Positions 1-11,212 of a stretch of 64,000 bases of DNA are shown here, one piece after another. This DNA comes from an uncultured delta proteobacterium. GTDB lineage: Bacteria; Myxococcota; Myxococcia; Myxococcales; Myxococcaceae. A program made the position numbers and the translations under genes. Numbering within the stretch: the stretch's first letter is position 1; each line of letters starts with the position of its first letter. The stretch is taken from assembly GCA_963796055.1 (NCBI GenBank), contig CAWCKH010000004.1:1472001-1536000 (forward strand). The letters are read 5' to 3'. The notes beneath the pieces were generated by a model, which saw only the letters and a list, made by a program, of their open reading frames with translations, did no database searches and was not told the origin of the DNA.

Positions 1-58
1 GGCGGAGCCCGCGCCGCCGTCGTCTGAGACCGGAGCCTCGGAGGGGAACTCGTAGACC

Positions 59-1891
<1,833 letters not shown>

Positions 1892-2009
1892 AGACGGGCG
1901 CCGAGGGGGGTGGGCGGTGGCTCGCCCGTAGCAAGCAAGCAGCCGCCGCTCGTTTGGCGAGCCAGGAACCAGGGACCCGGCTAGACCTTCGCGCGTTGGG
2001 AGGCGACGG

Positions 2010-2654
2010 ATGGGCCGGCGGAACGTCCCCTCGGATCTGGTGCGCAACATCGAGCTGCTGGTGGGAGTGGCCTTGCCGCTGTTCCTCACCGGCGTGTGGG
2101 TGCGGGACCACCTGACCGGCTCGGGGCACTGGACCCACCCTCTCGAATCAGGGTTCTTCGAGTGGCTCTCGCTGGCCCCGCTGCTCGCGCTGGTGGGGCT
2201 CTTGCACTCGCTGGGCATGGCGGTGATCGCGGCAGTGTGGCCGCGGGCGGCGAACCGAGGCACGGTGGTGCTCGCCTCCGTGGTGCTGGTGCCGCTGCTC
2301 GTGCTCGGCGGAAAGCCGCCGGTCGTCCTCGCGCACTACGCCCTCCCGCTCGCGGTGGCCCTCGTCGTCTACGCGCTGGCCAGCCGGATTCCGGGCAGCC
2401 GCGCCCCCCGAGGAGGATCTCCGCACCGCGACCCTGAGGGAGGAGGAGCTCCTCGGACGCGAGGGCCCGATCGTGTCGGTCAGGCCTCCGGCAGCGCCAG
2501 GGGAACGATCTCCCGGCCCGAGATCCGCAGGAAGCGCCACACCAGCGCCGCCGCCACCGCGGTGAGACCGGCGGCGAGCCCCCACCAGATGCCGAACACG
2601 CCCCAGCGCATCCCGAAGCCGAGCAGCAGCGCCAGCGGGAGCCCGATCAGGTAG
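2010..2654 (+). CDS. Hypothetical membrane protein (about 4 TM in the first ~125 aa; 3' end uncertain)
   Basis: GGAGG upstream of ATG, hydrophobic helices; low-complexity tail overlaps the convergent MATE gene by 175 nt. Confidence 0.5.
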   Translation: MGRRNVPSDLVRNIELLVGVALPLFLTGVWVRDHLTGSGHWTHPLESGFFEWLSLAPLLALVGLLHSLGMAVIAAVWPRAANRGTVVLASVVLVPLLVLGGKPPVVLAHYALPLAVALVVYALASRIPGSRAPRGGSPHRDPEGGGAPRTRGPDRVGQASGSARGTISRPEIRRKRHTSAAATAVRPAASPHQMPNTPQRIPKPSSSASGSPIR

Positions 2655-3877
2655 TGCCCGACCACGTTGGCGGTGAAGGTGAAGCGGCTGTCACCCGCCC
2701 CCCGCAGGACGCCCGCGCCGACGCCCTGCACCCCGTCCGAGACCTGGAAGATCGCGGCCACCATGAACAGCGGAACCGCGATCGCGGCGATGGCCGGGTC
2801 GTTGGTCATCGTGGCCACGATGGGTCCGGGGACGAGGAGGTAGGTGAGGGCCGCGCAGCCCATGAACGCCGCGCCGGCAGCGAAGGCGAGCAGCCCTGCT
2901 CGACGCGCACCCGGGGTGTCGCGCGCGCCCACCGCCAGCCCCACCCGGACGCTCCCCGCATTGCCGATGCCCATGGCGAAGGTGAAGGTGACCGAGGAGA
3001 AGGTGAGGGCGATCTGGTGCGCAGCGAGGCTCTCGGCCCCCAGCCTCCCCGCGAGGAACCCCGCCAGGGCGAAGACCCCCACCTCGGCCCCGAAGTGCAG
3101 GCCGATGGGCACTCCGACCCGGAGGATGCGCCGCGCGTCCTCGGGCAGACGCCGGTGGAGGTCCGCCGGGCGCTCCGGGAGGCGGATCTGGCGGACAACC
3201 CAGGCCAGGAAGACCACCTCGCCGAGCTGCACCAGCGTCGTCGCCAGGGCAGAGCCGCTCGCACCCATCGGCGGGATCCACCGCAGCGGGCCGGTCCACG
3301 CCGGGAGCCGGGCTCCGCCGAAGACCAGGAGGAGGTCTCCGAACAGGTTCACCACGTTGGCCAGGACCGTGGCCCAGAGCAGAGCGCGGGCCGCGCCCAC
3401 CGACTGCAGGTAGCTCCGCTGGGCGTAGAAGAAGAGAAAGGCGGCGATGCCCGGCAGCCGCCACCAGACGAACTCCCGGGCCACCTTCGCCACGTCGGCG
3501 GCGATGCCGAATGGCGCCATCAGAGACGCCAGCCCGAGCGTGGGCAACACCAGCACCCCGCTCGCCGCCGCCGCGACCCGCAGCGCCTGCCAGTACAGCC
3601 GGCGCGCCCGCACCGGGTCGCGTGCGCCGAGCGCCTGGCTGATGAGCGGGTCGGCCCCCATCAGGGTTCCGATGCCCACGATGCAGACGGTGAAGACCAC
3701 CGCGTTGCCCAGCGCCGCGCCCGCCAGCTGCACCGCGCCGGCCCGCCCCACCACCGCGGTGTCCACCAGCCCCATCAGCGCCTGTCCCGCCTGGGCCAGG
3801 GCCAGCGGCAGCGCGAGCCGCACCAGGATGCGCAGCTCGTCGCGCGAGCGCGCAGGGACGGGAGACGTCGGGGACAT
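2480..3877 (-). CDS. MATE family efflux transporter (NorM-like)
   Basis: VDTAVVGRAG, LAAHQIA and FQVSDGVQ...GVLRGAGD motifs; about 12 TM. Confidence 0.93.
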   Translation of the reverse strand: MSPTSPVPARSRDELRILVRLALPLALAQAGQALMGLVDTAVVGRAGAVQLAGAALGNAVVFTVCIVGIGTLMGADPLISQALGARDPVRARRLYWQALRVAAAASGVLVLPTLGLASLMAPFGIAADVAKVAREFVWWRLPGIAAFLFFYAQRSYLQSVGAARALLWATVLANVVNLFGDLLLVFGGARLPAWTGPLRWIPPMGASGSALATTLVQLGEVVFLAWVVRQIRLPERPADLHRRLPEDARRILRVGVPIGLHFGAEVGVFALAGFLAGRLGAESLAAHQIALTFSSVTFTFAMGIGNAGSVRVGLAVGARDTPGARRAGLLAFAAGAAFMGCAALTYLLVPGPIVATMTNDPAIAAIAVPLFMVAAIFQVSDGVQGVGAGVLRGAGDSRFTFTANVVGHYLIGLPLALLLGFGMRWGVFGIWWGLAAGLTAVAAALVWRFLRISGREIVPLALPEA

Positions 3878-4005
3878 GGGAGACGAGGCCTCTCATGATC
3901 CAACTGCCGTCCGGTTGTCCACTTGCGGTGCGCTGTGCCGGGTCACCAGACTCGTCGCTGTGAGCGCTTCGACGATCGACTTCTCCTGCGCTAAGGACGA
4001 GCGGG

Positions 4006-4416
4006 ATGCCTGGCACGCGCTCCACTGCCGCAAAGGTCACCTCCTGCGCCGCAGGCGCGGTGGCGATCTGGCTGCTCACCGTCGCCCTCGGCGTCGACCG
4101 GTCCGCCCACCTCCCGCACACCCCGGGGCAGTGGCTGTTCGAGGTGCTCTGGACCGCGCTTCCCGGCGTGGTCATGGGCGCGTACTGGGCGGCCCGAGGT
4201 CCGGCCGGCCGGTTCCCTCTGTTCGCTGCGGCCGCGGCGGCAGCGGGGCAGATCTGGGCTGCCCATCGATTCGACGTGGGCGCCGACCCCCTCGCCGGGC
4301 TGCTGATCGTCTTCGGCCCGCTCCTCGTCACCTGCATCGCTCTGGTGGGGATCGTCCTGACCCTGCTCGCGGGGGTCGTCCGCCGGGGGGCTGGTCGGTC
4401 CGACGCTTCACCTTGA
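4006..4416 (+). CDS. Hypothetical small membrane protein
   Basis: 136 aa, about 4 hydrophobic segments, fills the gap between MATE and livK. Confidence 0.55.
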   Translation: MPGTRSTAAKVTSCAAGAVAIWLLTVALGVDRSAHLPHTPGQWLFEVLWTALPGVVMGAYWAARGPAGRFPLFAAAAAAAGQIWAAHRFDVGADPLAGLLIVFGPLLVTCIALVGIVLTLLAGVVRRGAGRSDASP

Positions 4417-4477
4417 CCGTCCTCCGACAGTCCACCTACAAGACCGCCTCTTGCTTCCTGGTCGTCACGAGGTGCCC

Positions 4478-5689
4478 ATGCGCTCTGCCCTGGCCGCAGT
4501 CCTGACCGGCTGTGCCCTTGCCCTTGTCGCCTGCGAGAAGAAGTCCTCCGCTCCTCCCCCACCGCCCAGCCCGGCTCCTGGCGGTGGCACCGCGGCCGCT
4601 TCCTCCGGCGGGGGGACCCCCGGCGTGACCGGGGACACCATCCTCATCGGCGAGATCGGCTCGCTGACCGGTTCCGAGGCCACCTTCGGAATCTCGACGC
4701 GCAACGCCATCGAGCTCGCGATCCGGGAGGTCAACGCCGCCGGCGGGGTGAAGGGAAGGAAGATCGACGTCCGGGTCTACGACGACCAGAGCAAGCCCGA
4801 GGAGGCTGCCAACGCCGCCACCCGCCTCATCAACCAGGACCAGGTGCTGCTGATCCTCGGGGAGGTGGCGAGCACCAACTCCATCGCCATGGCCACCAAG
4901 GCGCAGCCGGCCAAGGTGCCGATGATCTCCAACGCCTCCACCAACCCCAAGGTGACGGAGATCGGCGACTACATCTTCCGGGTCTGCTTCATCGATCCCT
5001 TCCAGGGCTACGTGATGGCGAAGTTCGCCCACGACAATCTGAAGTTCACCAGGGTGGCGGTGCTCCGCGACCTGGGCTCGGACTACAGCCAGGGCCTGGC
5101 GGACGTCTTCGAGCGCAAGTTCACCGAGATGGGCGGGAAGATCGTCGCCGGCGAGACCTACACCAAGGGCAGCACCGACTTCCGCAGCCAGCTCACGGCG
5201 ATCAAGCGCGCGCAGCCCGACGGCATCTACATCCCCGGCTACTACAACGACATCGGGGTCATCGCCCGGCAGGCGCGCGAGCTGGGCGTCACCGCCAAGC
5301 TGATGGGAGGCGATGGCTGGGACAGCGAGAAGCTCTTCGAGCTGGGCGGCGCGGCAGTGGAGGGCAGCTACTTCAGCAACCACTACAGCCCGGACGACCC
5401 CAACCCCCGCATCCAGAAGTTCATCGCCGACTACAAGGCGGCCTTCGGCTCGGTGCCGGACGCGCTCGCCGCGCTCGGCTACGACGCGGCGATGGTGGCG
5501 GCGGACGCGATGAAGCGCGCCCCGAGCCTCGACCGGACCGCGGTCCGTGACGCCATCGCCGCCACCAGGAACTTCCCCGGGGTCACCGGCACCATCACCC
5601 TCGACGACAAGCGGAACGCCACCAAACCGGCGGTGGTCCTCGAGGTCGGCAAGGGCAAGACCAAGTACGTGGCCACCATCGCTCCTTGA
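4478..5689 (+). CDS. livK: Branched-chain amino acid ABC transporter substrate-binding lipoprotein (LivK/LivJ family)
   Basis: Lipobox LVAC, EVNAAGGVKG, YDDQSKPE, DFRSQLT and GYDAA motifs; GAGG before ATG 4478. Confidence 0.92.
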   Translation: MRSALAAVLTGCALALVACEKKSSAPPPPPSPAPGGGTAAASSGGGTPGVTGDTILIGEIGSLTGSEATFGISTRNAIELAIREVNAAGGVKGRKIDVRVYDDQSKPEEAANAATRLINQDQVLLILGEVASTNSIAMATKAQPAKVPMISNASTNPKVTEIGDYIFRVCFIDPFQGYVMAKFAHDNLKFTRVAVLRDLGSDYSQGLADVFERKFTEMGGKIVAGETYTKGSTDFRSQLTAIKRAQPDGIYIPGYYNDIGVIARQARELGVTAKLMGGDGWDSEKLFELGGAAVEGSYFSNHYSPDDPNPRIQKFIADYKAAFGSVPDALAALGYDAAMVAADAMKRAPSLDRTAVRDAIAATRNFPGVTGTITLDDKRNATKPAVVLEVGKGKTKYVATIAP

Positions 5690-6609
5690 TCTCCGACTTC
5701 ACGCAGCACCTGATCAACGGCATCTCCGCGGGAACCATCTACGCCCTGGTGGCGCTTGGGTACACGATGGTCTACGGGGTGCTGAAGCTGATCAACTTCG
5801 CCCACGGGGACGTGATGATGGTGGGCACCTTCCTCGGCTACGGGGTGGCGCAGAAGCTGGGGGTGGAGCGCCAGTCCACCCTCTGGGGGGTGCTCCTGAT
5901 CTTCCTCGCCGCGATGGCCGGATGCGCGATCCTGGGATGGTTCATCGAGCGCTTCGCCTACCGCCCCCTGCGGGACAAGCCGCGGCTGACCTCGCTGATC
6001 ACCGCCATCGGCATTTCCTTCACCCTCGAGTATGGCTTCCAGCTCGACTTCGGCCCGCTTCCCGGCGCGGCCCCGCGCGCCTTCCCGGAGATCATCACTC
6101 CCCGGGAGTGGCTGATCTTCGGCGATCGAGCCGTGGTGATCTGGAACTGGCAGGTCATCAGCCTGGCCATTGCACTGGCCTTGATGCTCGGACTGCAGGC
6201 GCTGGTCTATCGGACCCGCTTCGGCCGGGCGATGCGGGCGGTCTCCTTCGACCACCGGACCGCGGCACTGATGGGGATCCCGGTAGACCGGGTGATTGCG
6301 GTCACCTTCATGCTGGGGAGCGCGCTGGCCGCCGGAGCCGGCATCCTCTACGCGATCAAGGACACCGCCGTGCAGCCGCTGATGGGGCTGTACGTGGGAC
6401 TGAAGGCGTTCGTAGCCGCGGTGATCGGCGGAATCGGCAACGTGCCGGGCGCGGTGGTGGGCTCGCTCCTGCTCGGGCTGGTGGAGGAGTTCGTGGTGGG
6501 CTACTCCTCGAGCAGCTGGCGTGACGCGGTGGCCTTCGGATTCCTGATTGTCGTCCTGCTGGTGCGGCCGGGCGGGCTCTTCGGCAGCGTCGCGGCGGAA
6601 AAGGTGTAG
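5686..6609 (+). CDS. livH: Branched-chain amino acid ABC transporter permease
   Basis: YALVALGYTMVYGVLKLINFAHG; KAFVAAVIGGIG. Confidence 0.95.
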   Translation: MISDFTQHLINGISAGTIYALVALGYTMVYGVLKLINFAHGDVMMVGTFLGYGVAQKLGVERQSTLWGVLLIFLAAMAGCAILGWFIERFAYRPLRDKPRLTSLITAIGISFTLEYGFQLDFGPLPGAAPRAFPEIITPREWLIFGDRAVVIWNWQVISLAIALALMLGLQALVYRTRFGRAMRAVSFDHRTAALMGIPVDRVIAVTFMLGSALAAGAGILYAIKDTAVQPLMGLYVGLKAFVAAVIGGIGNVPGAVVGSLLLGLVEEFVVGYSSSSWRDAVAFGFLIVVLLVRPGGLFGSVAAEKV

Positions 6610-6611
6610 CG

Positions 6612-7634
6612 ATGGCGCCGGCGCTCCGCGGGCTCCTTCCCGTCTTGCTCGCCATCGCGGTGCTGGCGGTGCTGCAGCTCTTGCTCGGTGGTTTGCCGTT
6701 CTTCGTGTATCTGGCGTCGATCGTCGGGGTGAACGTCATCCTCGCGGTGTCGCTGAACATCGTGAACGGGATGACCGGCCAGTTCTCCATCGGCCACGCC
6801 GGGTTCATGGCGGTCGGGGCGTACACCGCAGGGAAGCTCAGCCTCCTGATCAAGGACGTGGCCATCTCGGGACTGCCCGGGGCGGTGTCGGACCAGATTC
6901 AGTTCCTGGGCACGCTGCTCGCCGGCGGGGTGGCGGCGGCCCTCTGCGGCTTCGTCGTGGGCTTGCCCTCGCTCCGGCTCCGGGGAGACTACCTGGCCAT
7001 CGTCACTCTCGGCTTCGGGGAGATCATCCGGGTCATCGTGCAGAACCTGGACGTGTTCGGTCGGGCCCTCGGCCTCTCCGGCATCCCGCAGACCTCGAGC
7101 CTCTTCGCGGTGTGGTTCTGCGTCTTTCTGGTGGTGCTGGTGGCGCGCCGGATCGTCGGGAGCACCCACGGTCGGAGCCTGTGGGCCATCCGCGAGGACG
7201 AGGTGGCGGCCGAGGCGATGGGGGTGAACACCACCGGGTACAAGGTCCGGGCGTTCGTCATCTCCTCGTTCTTCGCCGGGGTGGCGGGAGGGCTGTTCGC
7301 CCATTTCGTGCCGATCATCAACCCGGGCTCGTTCACCTTCGTGAAGAGCATCGAGGTGGTGGTGATGGTGGTCGCCGGGGGTCTGGGGAGCACCACCGGG
7401 GCCATCGTGGCCGCGGTATTCCTGACGCTCCTCCCCGAGGCGCTCCGGACGCTGTTCCTCCAGGTTGGCGCCGATGCCTCCCTGGCCCAGAAGGTGGATC
7501 AGATCCGCATGCCGATCTACGGCATCCTCCTGGTGATCCTGATGCTCGTCCGGCCGCAGGGGCTGTTTGGCACCCGGGAGATCTGGGACCTGCTGCCGCG
7601 GTGGGTTCCTCGCGCGCGAAAGGGCGCCACGTGA
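6612..7634 (+). CDS. livM: Branched-chain amino acid ABC transporter permease
   Basis: GQFSIGHAGF, LRLRGDYLAIVTLGFGEI, AIREDEVAA. Confidence 0.95.
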   Translation: MAPALRGLLPVLLAIAVLAVLQLLLGGLPFFVYLASIVGVNVILAVSLNIVNGMTGQFSIGHAGFMAVGAYTAGKLSLLIKDVAISGLPGAVSDQIQFLGTLLAGGVAAALCGFVVGLPSLRLRGDYLAIVTLGFGEIIRVIVQNLDVFGRALGLSGIPQTSSLFAVWFCVFLVVLVARRIVGSTHGRSLWAIREDEVAAEAMGVNTTGYKVRAFVISSFFAGVAGGLFAHFVPIINPGSFTFVKSIEVVVMVVAGGLGSTTGAIVAAVFLTLLPEALRTLFLQVGADASLAQKVDQIRMPIYGILLVILMLVRPQGLFGTREIWDLLPRWVPRARKGAT

Positions 7635-8554
7635 GCGCCGAGCCGCTGCTGCAGACGGTGCAGGCGGGCATCGAGTTCGGCGGCCTGCGGGCGCTGCACG
7701 GGTTTGACCTCGAGATTCGCCGCGGGGATCTCAAGGGCCTCATCGGACCCAACGGGGCCGGGAAGACCACCGCCTTCAACCTCCTCACCGGCGTCTACGT
7801 GCCTACCCATGGGGAGATCCGCGTCTGCGGCGAGCGGGTCAACGGCCGGCCCCCCCACCAGATCAACCACCTGGGGCTGGCCCGCACCTTCCAGAACATC
7901 CGGCTGTTCCGCGCGCTATCGGCGCTGGACAACGTCCGGGTGGCGTGCCTCTCGGAGGCGCAGCCGCTCTTCCCCCGGGCGCGGATCGACGAGCTGCGCC
8001 GCCGGTCCTCGGGGAAGAGCCCGGTGGCGACGGCGATGGACGCGCTCAACAACTACGTAGACTGGTGGCGCGCGCTGCTGCTCACCCCGGGCTTCCAGAA
8101 GGAGGAGCAGGAGATCACCCGCAGGGCCGAGGAACTGCTCCAGGTCATGGGGCTTGCGCACCGGCGCGACGAGGAGGCCCGCAACCTGCCCTACGGAGAG
8201 CAGCGGCGGCTGGAGATCGCGCGAGCGCTGGGCACCCAGCCCAGGGTCCTGCTGCTCGACGAGCCGGCGGCGGGAATGAACACCCGGGAGAAGGCCGATC
8301 TCATGGTGCTCATCCGCCAGCTCCGGGACCAGTTCTCGCTCGGCATCCTGGTCATCGAGCACGACATGAAGCTGGTGATGGGTATCTGCGAGGACATCAC
8401 CGTGCTCGACCACGGCGTCACCATCGCCCGCGGCGCGCCCGAGCGCGTTCGCCAGAACTCGAAGGTCATCGAGGCGTACCTCGGCGACAGCTATCTCGCC
8501 GCGCACGGCATGGCGGTGCCACCGACGCCGACCTCGGAGAGCCCGGTCGCATGA
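7631..8554 (+). CDS. livG: Branched-chain amino acid ABC transporter ATPase
   Basis: GPNGAGKTT, RTFQNIRLF, LLLDEPAAG, VIEAYLG; GTG start overlaps the livM stop. Confidence 0.94.
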   Translation: MSAEPLLQTVQAGIEFGGLRALHGFDLEIRRGDLKGLIGPNGAGKTTAFNLLTGVYVPTHGEIRVCGERVNGRPPHQINHLGLARTFQNIRLFRALSALDNVRVACLSEAQPLFPRARIDELRRRSSGKSPVATAMDALNNYVDWWRALLLTPGFQKEEQEITRRAEELLQVMGLAHRRDEEARNLPYGEQRRLEIARALGTQPRVLLLDEPAAGMNTREKADLMVLIRQLRDQFSLGILVIEHDMKLVMGICEDITVLDHGVTIARGAPERVRQNSKVIEAYLGDSYLAAHGMAVPPTPTSESPVA

Positions 8555-9300
8555 GCGCGCTGGCGACGCTCGGGACGCGCGAGTCGCGGCTGCAGCTGCT
8601 GGAGGTGAAGGACCTCCAGGTCTCCTACGGAGCAATCACCGCGCTGCGCGGGGTGTCACTGACCGTGGGGCAGGGCGAGGTGGTGGCGCTGATCGGGGCG
8701 AACGGAGCGGGGAAGACCAGCACCCTCCGTGCCATCTCCGGGATGCTGAAGCCAAGGTCGGGCCACATCTGGCTCGGGGCGCAGGAGATCCAGGGCCTGA
8801 AGTCGAATCTCCTGGTTCCCAGGGGCATGGCCCACGCGCCCGAGGGTCGGGGCATCTTCCTCAACCTCACGGTGATGGAGAACCTCGAGCTGGGCGCGTA
8901 CCTGCGTCGGGACGCAGCCGAGATCAAGCAGGACCTCGAGTACGTCTTCGGGCTCTTCCCCCGCCTCCGTGAGCGGATGCGGCAACCGGGCGGCACGCTC
9001 TCCGGTGGCGAGCAGCAGATGCTCTCCATCAGCCGAGCGCTGATGAGCCGGCCGAAGCTGCTGCTACTCGACGAGCCGTCGCTGGGGCTCGCCCCTCAGG
9101 TGGTGGAGACCATCTTCCGCATCCTCCGCGAGGTGAACGCCCGCGGGGTGAGCATCCTCTTGGTGGAGCAGAACGCGCATCTGGCGCTGAACCTCGCGCA
9201 TTTCGGCTACGTGCTGGAGACCGGCGAGGTGGTGATGCAGGGCCAGGGCAAGGCGCTGCTCGCCGCGCCGGAGATCCGCAAGGCATACCTGGGCGAATGA
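8551..9300 (+). CDS. livF: Branched-chain amino acid ABC transporter ATPase
   Basis: GANGAGKTS, LSGGEQQML, LDEPSLGLAP; ATGA overlap with livG. Confidence 0.95.
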   Translation: MSALATLGTRESRLQLLEVKDLQVSYGAITALRGVSLTVGQGEVVALIGANGAGKTSTLRAISGMLKPRSGHIWLGAQEIQGLKSNLLVPRGMAHAPEGRGIFLNLTVMENLELGAYLRRDAAEIKQDLEYVFGLFPRLRERMRQPGGTLSGGEQQMLSISRALMSRPKLLLLDEPSLGLAPQVVETIFRILREVNARGVSILLVEQNAHLALNLAHFGYVLETGEVVMQGQGKALLAAPEIRKAYLGE

Positions 9301-9391
9301 CGCAATTCGCGGGGTCGACCCGGATGGCCCACTCGAGCGCTCTTGCGAAATGCCGCGCGGTGAGTCAAGCACCGCGGGTGAAGGGGGTCCC

Positions 9392-9916
9392 ATGCGTCAT
9401 GCCCCGCCGTGGATTCGCATTCTCTTCCTCTCGCTCGCTCTGGGCTCGCTCGCCTCTGCCGGTGAGTCCTCGAAGGGAGAGGCGCCCGGCTCCACCTTCA
9501 AGGCGAAGGTGAGCGGGGCCCAGTCGTTCGAGGCCGCCGGCGACGGCCCGCAGAGCGCCGGCGGCCGCCGGAAGAGGGCCGGCTCCGAGCCGGGCGAGCG
9601 GCTGGTGGTCCAGCTCCGCACGGCCCCCGCCGACGAGAAGTTCGAGCTGGTCTTCGCGGTCGACGTGACCGGAAGGGCCCCCGACGCAGAGGCCGCCGCC
9701 TACACCCTGCACCCGCTCGACGCGATCGGCCAATGGTCCCGGGGCGGCACCGACAGCGAGTTCTACTCCGACAAGGGAACGCTGGAGGTGAAGGAGTCGA
9801 ACGAGACGCACATCCGGGGGACGTTCGACGTCAGCGGCAAGTGCGGCAAGCGACGGGAGGCCTGCCGCATCGAGGGCCAGTTCGACGTGCGGCGCGAGAA
9901 GCCGACCACTTACTGA
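9392..9916 (+). CDS. Hypothetical secreted beta-rich protein
   Basis: Signal peptide (ILFLSLALGSLASA), high GC3, C-terminal GTF...IEGQFDV beta pattern. Confidence 0.65.
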   Translation: MRHAPPWIRILFLSLALGSLASAGESSKGEAPGSTFKAKVSGAQSFEAAGDGPQSAGGRRKRAGSEPGERLVVQLRTAPADEKFELVFAVDVTGRAPDAEAAAYTLHPLDAIGQWSRGGTDSEFYSDKGTLEVKESNETHIRGTFDVSGKCGKRREACRIEGQFDVRREKPTTY

Positions 9917-9933
9917 CCCCGGCTGTAACGACC

Positions 9934-9993
9934 GCGCCCACCGAGCCCAACAGGGCAGGGTGGGCGCCGAGCGCCGGCGGAGGATGCCGGCGC
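9934..9993. terminator. Two GC-rich hairpins between convergent genes (possible bidirectional terminator)
   Basis: GCGCCCACC...GGTGGGCGC and GCGCCGGC-N7-GCCGGCGC inverted repeats; no clear U-tract. Confidence 0.35.
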
Positions 9994-10010
9994 ACGAGGT
10001 GAACGGAGAC

Positions 10011-10451
10011 TCAGTTCACCTTGACGGTGATGCTCTTCGGCTTCGCCTCCGCCCGCTTGGGGAGGAAGAGGCGCAGCACGCCGTTCTTGTACTCGGCGGT
10101 GGCCTTGTCGGCGTCGAGGGTGGCGGGGAGGCTGAAGCTCCGGGTGAACACCCCGTAGGCGCGCTCGATCCGGTGGTAGCTGTCCCGCTTGTCCTCCCGC
10201 TCGAGCTTCCGCTCGCCGCGGACGGTCAAGGTGCCCTCCTCGAAGTGCACGTCGACGTCCTTCGGGTCGACCTCGGGGAGATCGAACTTGAAGGTCACGC
10301 CCTCGGTGTCCTCGAAGACGTCGACGGCCGGGGTCCAGCCGTACGATTCGGTGTTCCGGGTGAGACCGAGGCTGCCCTCGAGCAGCCGGTTCACCTCGTC
10401 CTGCAGCCGCGCGTAGTCACGCGACGGATTCCAACGCTGAATGGTGCTCAT
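10011..10451 (-). CDS. Hsp20/alpha-crystallin small heat shock protein
   Basis: WTPAVDV, RIERAYGVFTRSFSLP, AEYKNGVL.L.LPK; strong SD upstream. Confidence 0.96.
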   Translation of the reverse strand: MSTIQRWNPSRDYARLQDEVNRLLEGSLGLTRNTESYGWTPAVDVFEDTEGVTFKFDLPEVDPKDVDVHFEEGTLTVRGERKLEREDKRDSYHRIERAYGVFTRSFSLPATLDADKATAEYKNGVLRLFLPKRAEAKPKSITVKVN

Positions 10452-10484
10452 GGTCTTGCTCCTGCTCCTTCCAAAGGCAGGCCC

Positions 10485-10513
10485 AACGTAAAGCGGAGAT
10501 CAGGAGCGTCAAG
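10485..10513 (-). promoter_or_regulatory. Putative -35/-10 promoter of hsp20
   Basis: Minus strand CTTGACG-N16-TACGTT, about 35 nt upstream of the ATG. Confidence 0.45.
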
Positions 10514-10566
10514 GCGAGCAGAGAAGTGCCCGATCTGCGAGAGGGGCCGGGCATTTCCACCCTCGG

Positions 10567-11151
10567 TCAACCCCGCGAAAATCCGGAGCCTCCGCCGGGA
10601 AGCGTCCAGCGCTCGAGCTCGGTGTGCACCGCGCCGGTGGCGACCGTGTCGCTGCGCATCAGGGCGACGTCCCGGAGCACGAACCCGCCGTCGAGCGCGT
10701 GCCCCAGCGCCGTCCGGCACCGTCCGAGGAGCAGGTCGCCGTGGGCCGACCGGGCGCGGGCCACCGTGAGGTGGGGACGGAACGGCCGCTCCGGCTCGAG
10801 CTGGACCAGCGGCTCGGCAGCGTGGCGCGCATCGGTGACCAGCGCGCGCAGCGCCTCGACCTCCCCGCCGAGGGTGGTCGCCAGCACCCGCGGGGAGCGC
10901 GACGGACCGAACGTCTCCACTCCGACCAGGGTGAGCGACATCGCCTGGTGCCGGGCGCACACCGCGGCGAACGACTGCCGGAGCGTGGGCACGGAAGGGT
11001 CGGGAACCGAGCCGAGGAAGACCAGGGTCAGATGCAGGCTCTCGGCGGGGAGCCAGCGGGCCTGCGGCGTGGCCGCCCGTACCGGCTCGAGCTGCGCCTG
11101 GAGACTCTCCTTGAGTGCATCCGGGACCACGCCGGCGAGGAACAGGCGCAC
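10567..11151 (-). CDS. thpR: RNA 2',3'-cyclic phosphodiesterase (2H phosphoesterase, 2'-5' RNA ligase family)
   Basis: MRLFLA start, two HxT motifs (HLTL, PHLTVAR). Confidence 0.92.
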   Translation of the reverse strand: MRLFLAGVVPDALKESLQAQLEPVRAATPQARWLPAESLHLTLVFLGSVPDPSVPTLRQSFAAVCARHQAMSLTLVGVETFGPSRSPRVLATTLGGEVEALRALVTDARHAAEPLVQLEPERPFRPHLTVARARSAHGDLLLGRCRTALGHALDGGFVLRDVALMRSDTVATGAVHTELERWTLPGGGSGFSRG

Positions 11152-11212
11152 GGCGGCGGAGCGTACTCCCCGGGCTCGGCGCCGGGCAGCTCGCCACCGC
11201 CGGCGGCCGGGG

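Noticed and set aside
1930..1945. AGCAAGCAAGC motif, also at ~50307, and a GG-N10-GC match antisense to dnaK
   Set aside because: Only two short copies with unrelated flanks, a poor -24 match and no gene to drive
2010..4416. Paralogy between the two small membrane ORFs flanking the MATE gene
   Set aside because: Similarity is limited to hydrophobicity and a short FE.L patch
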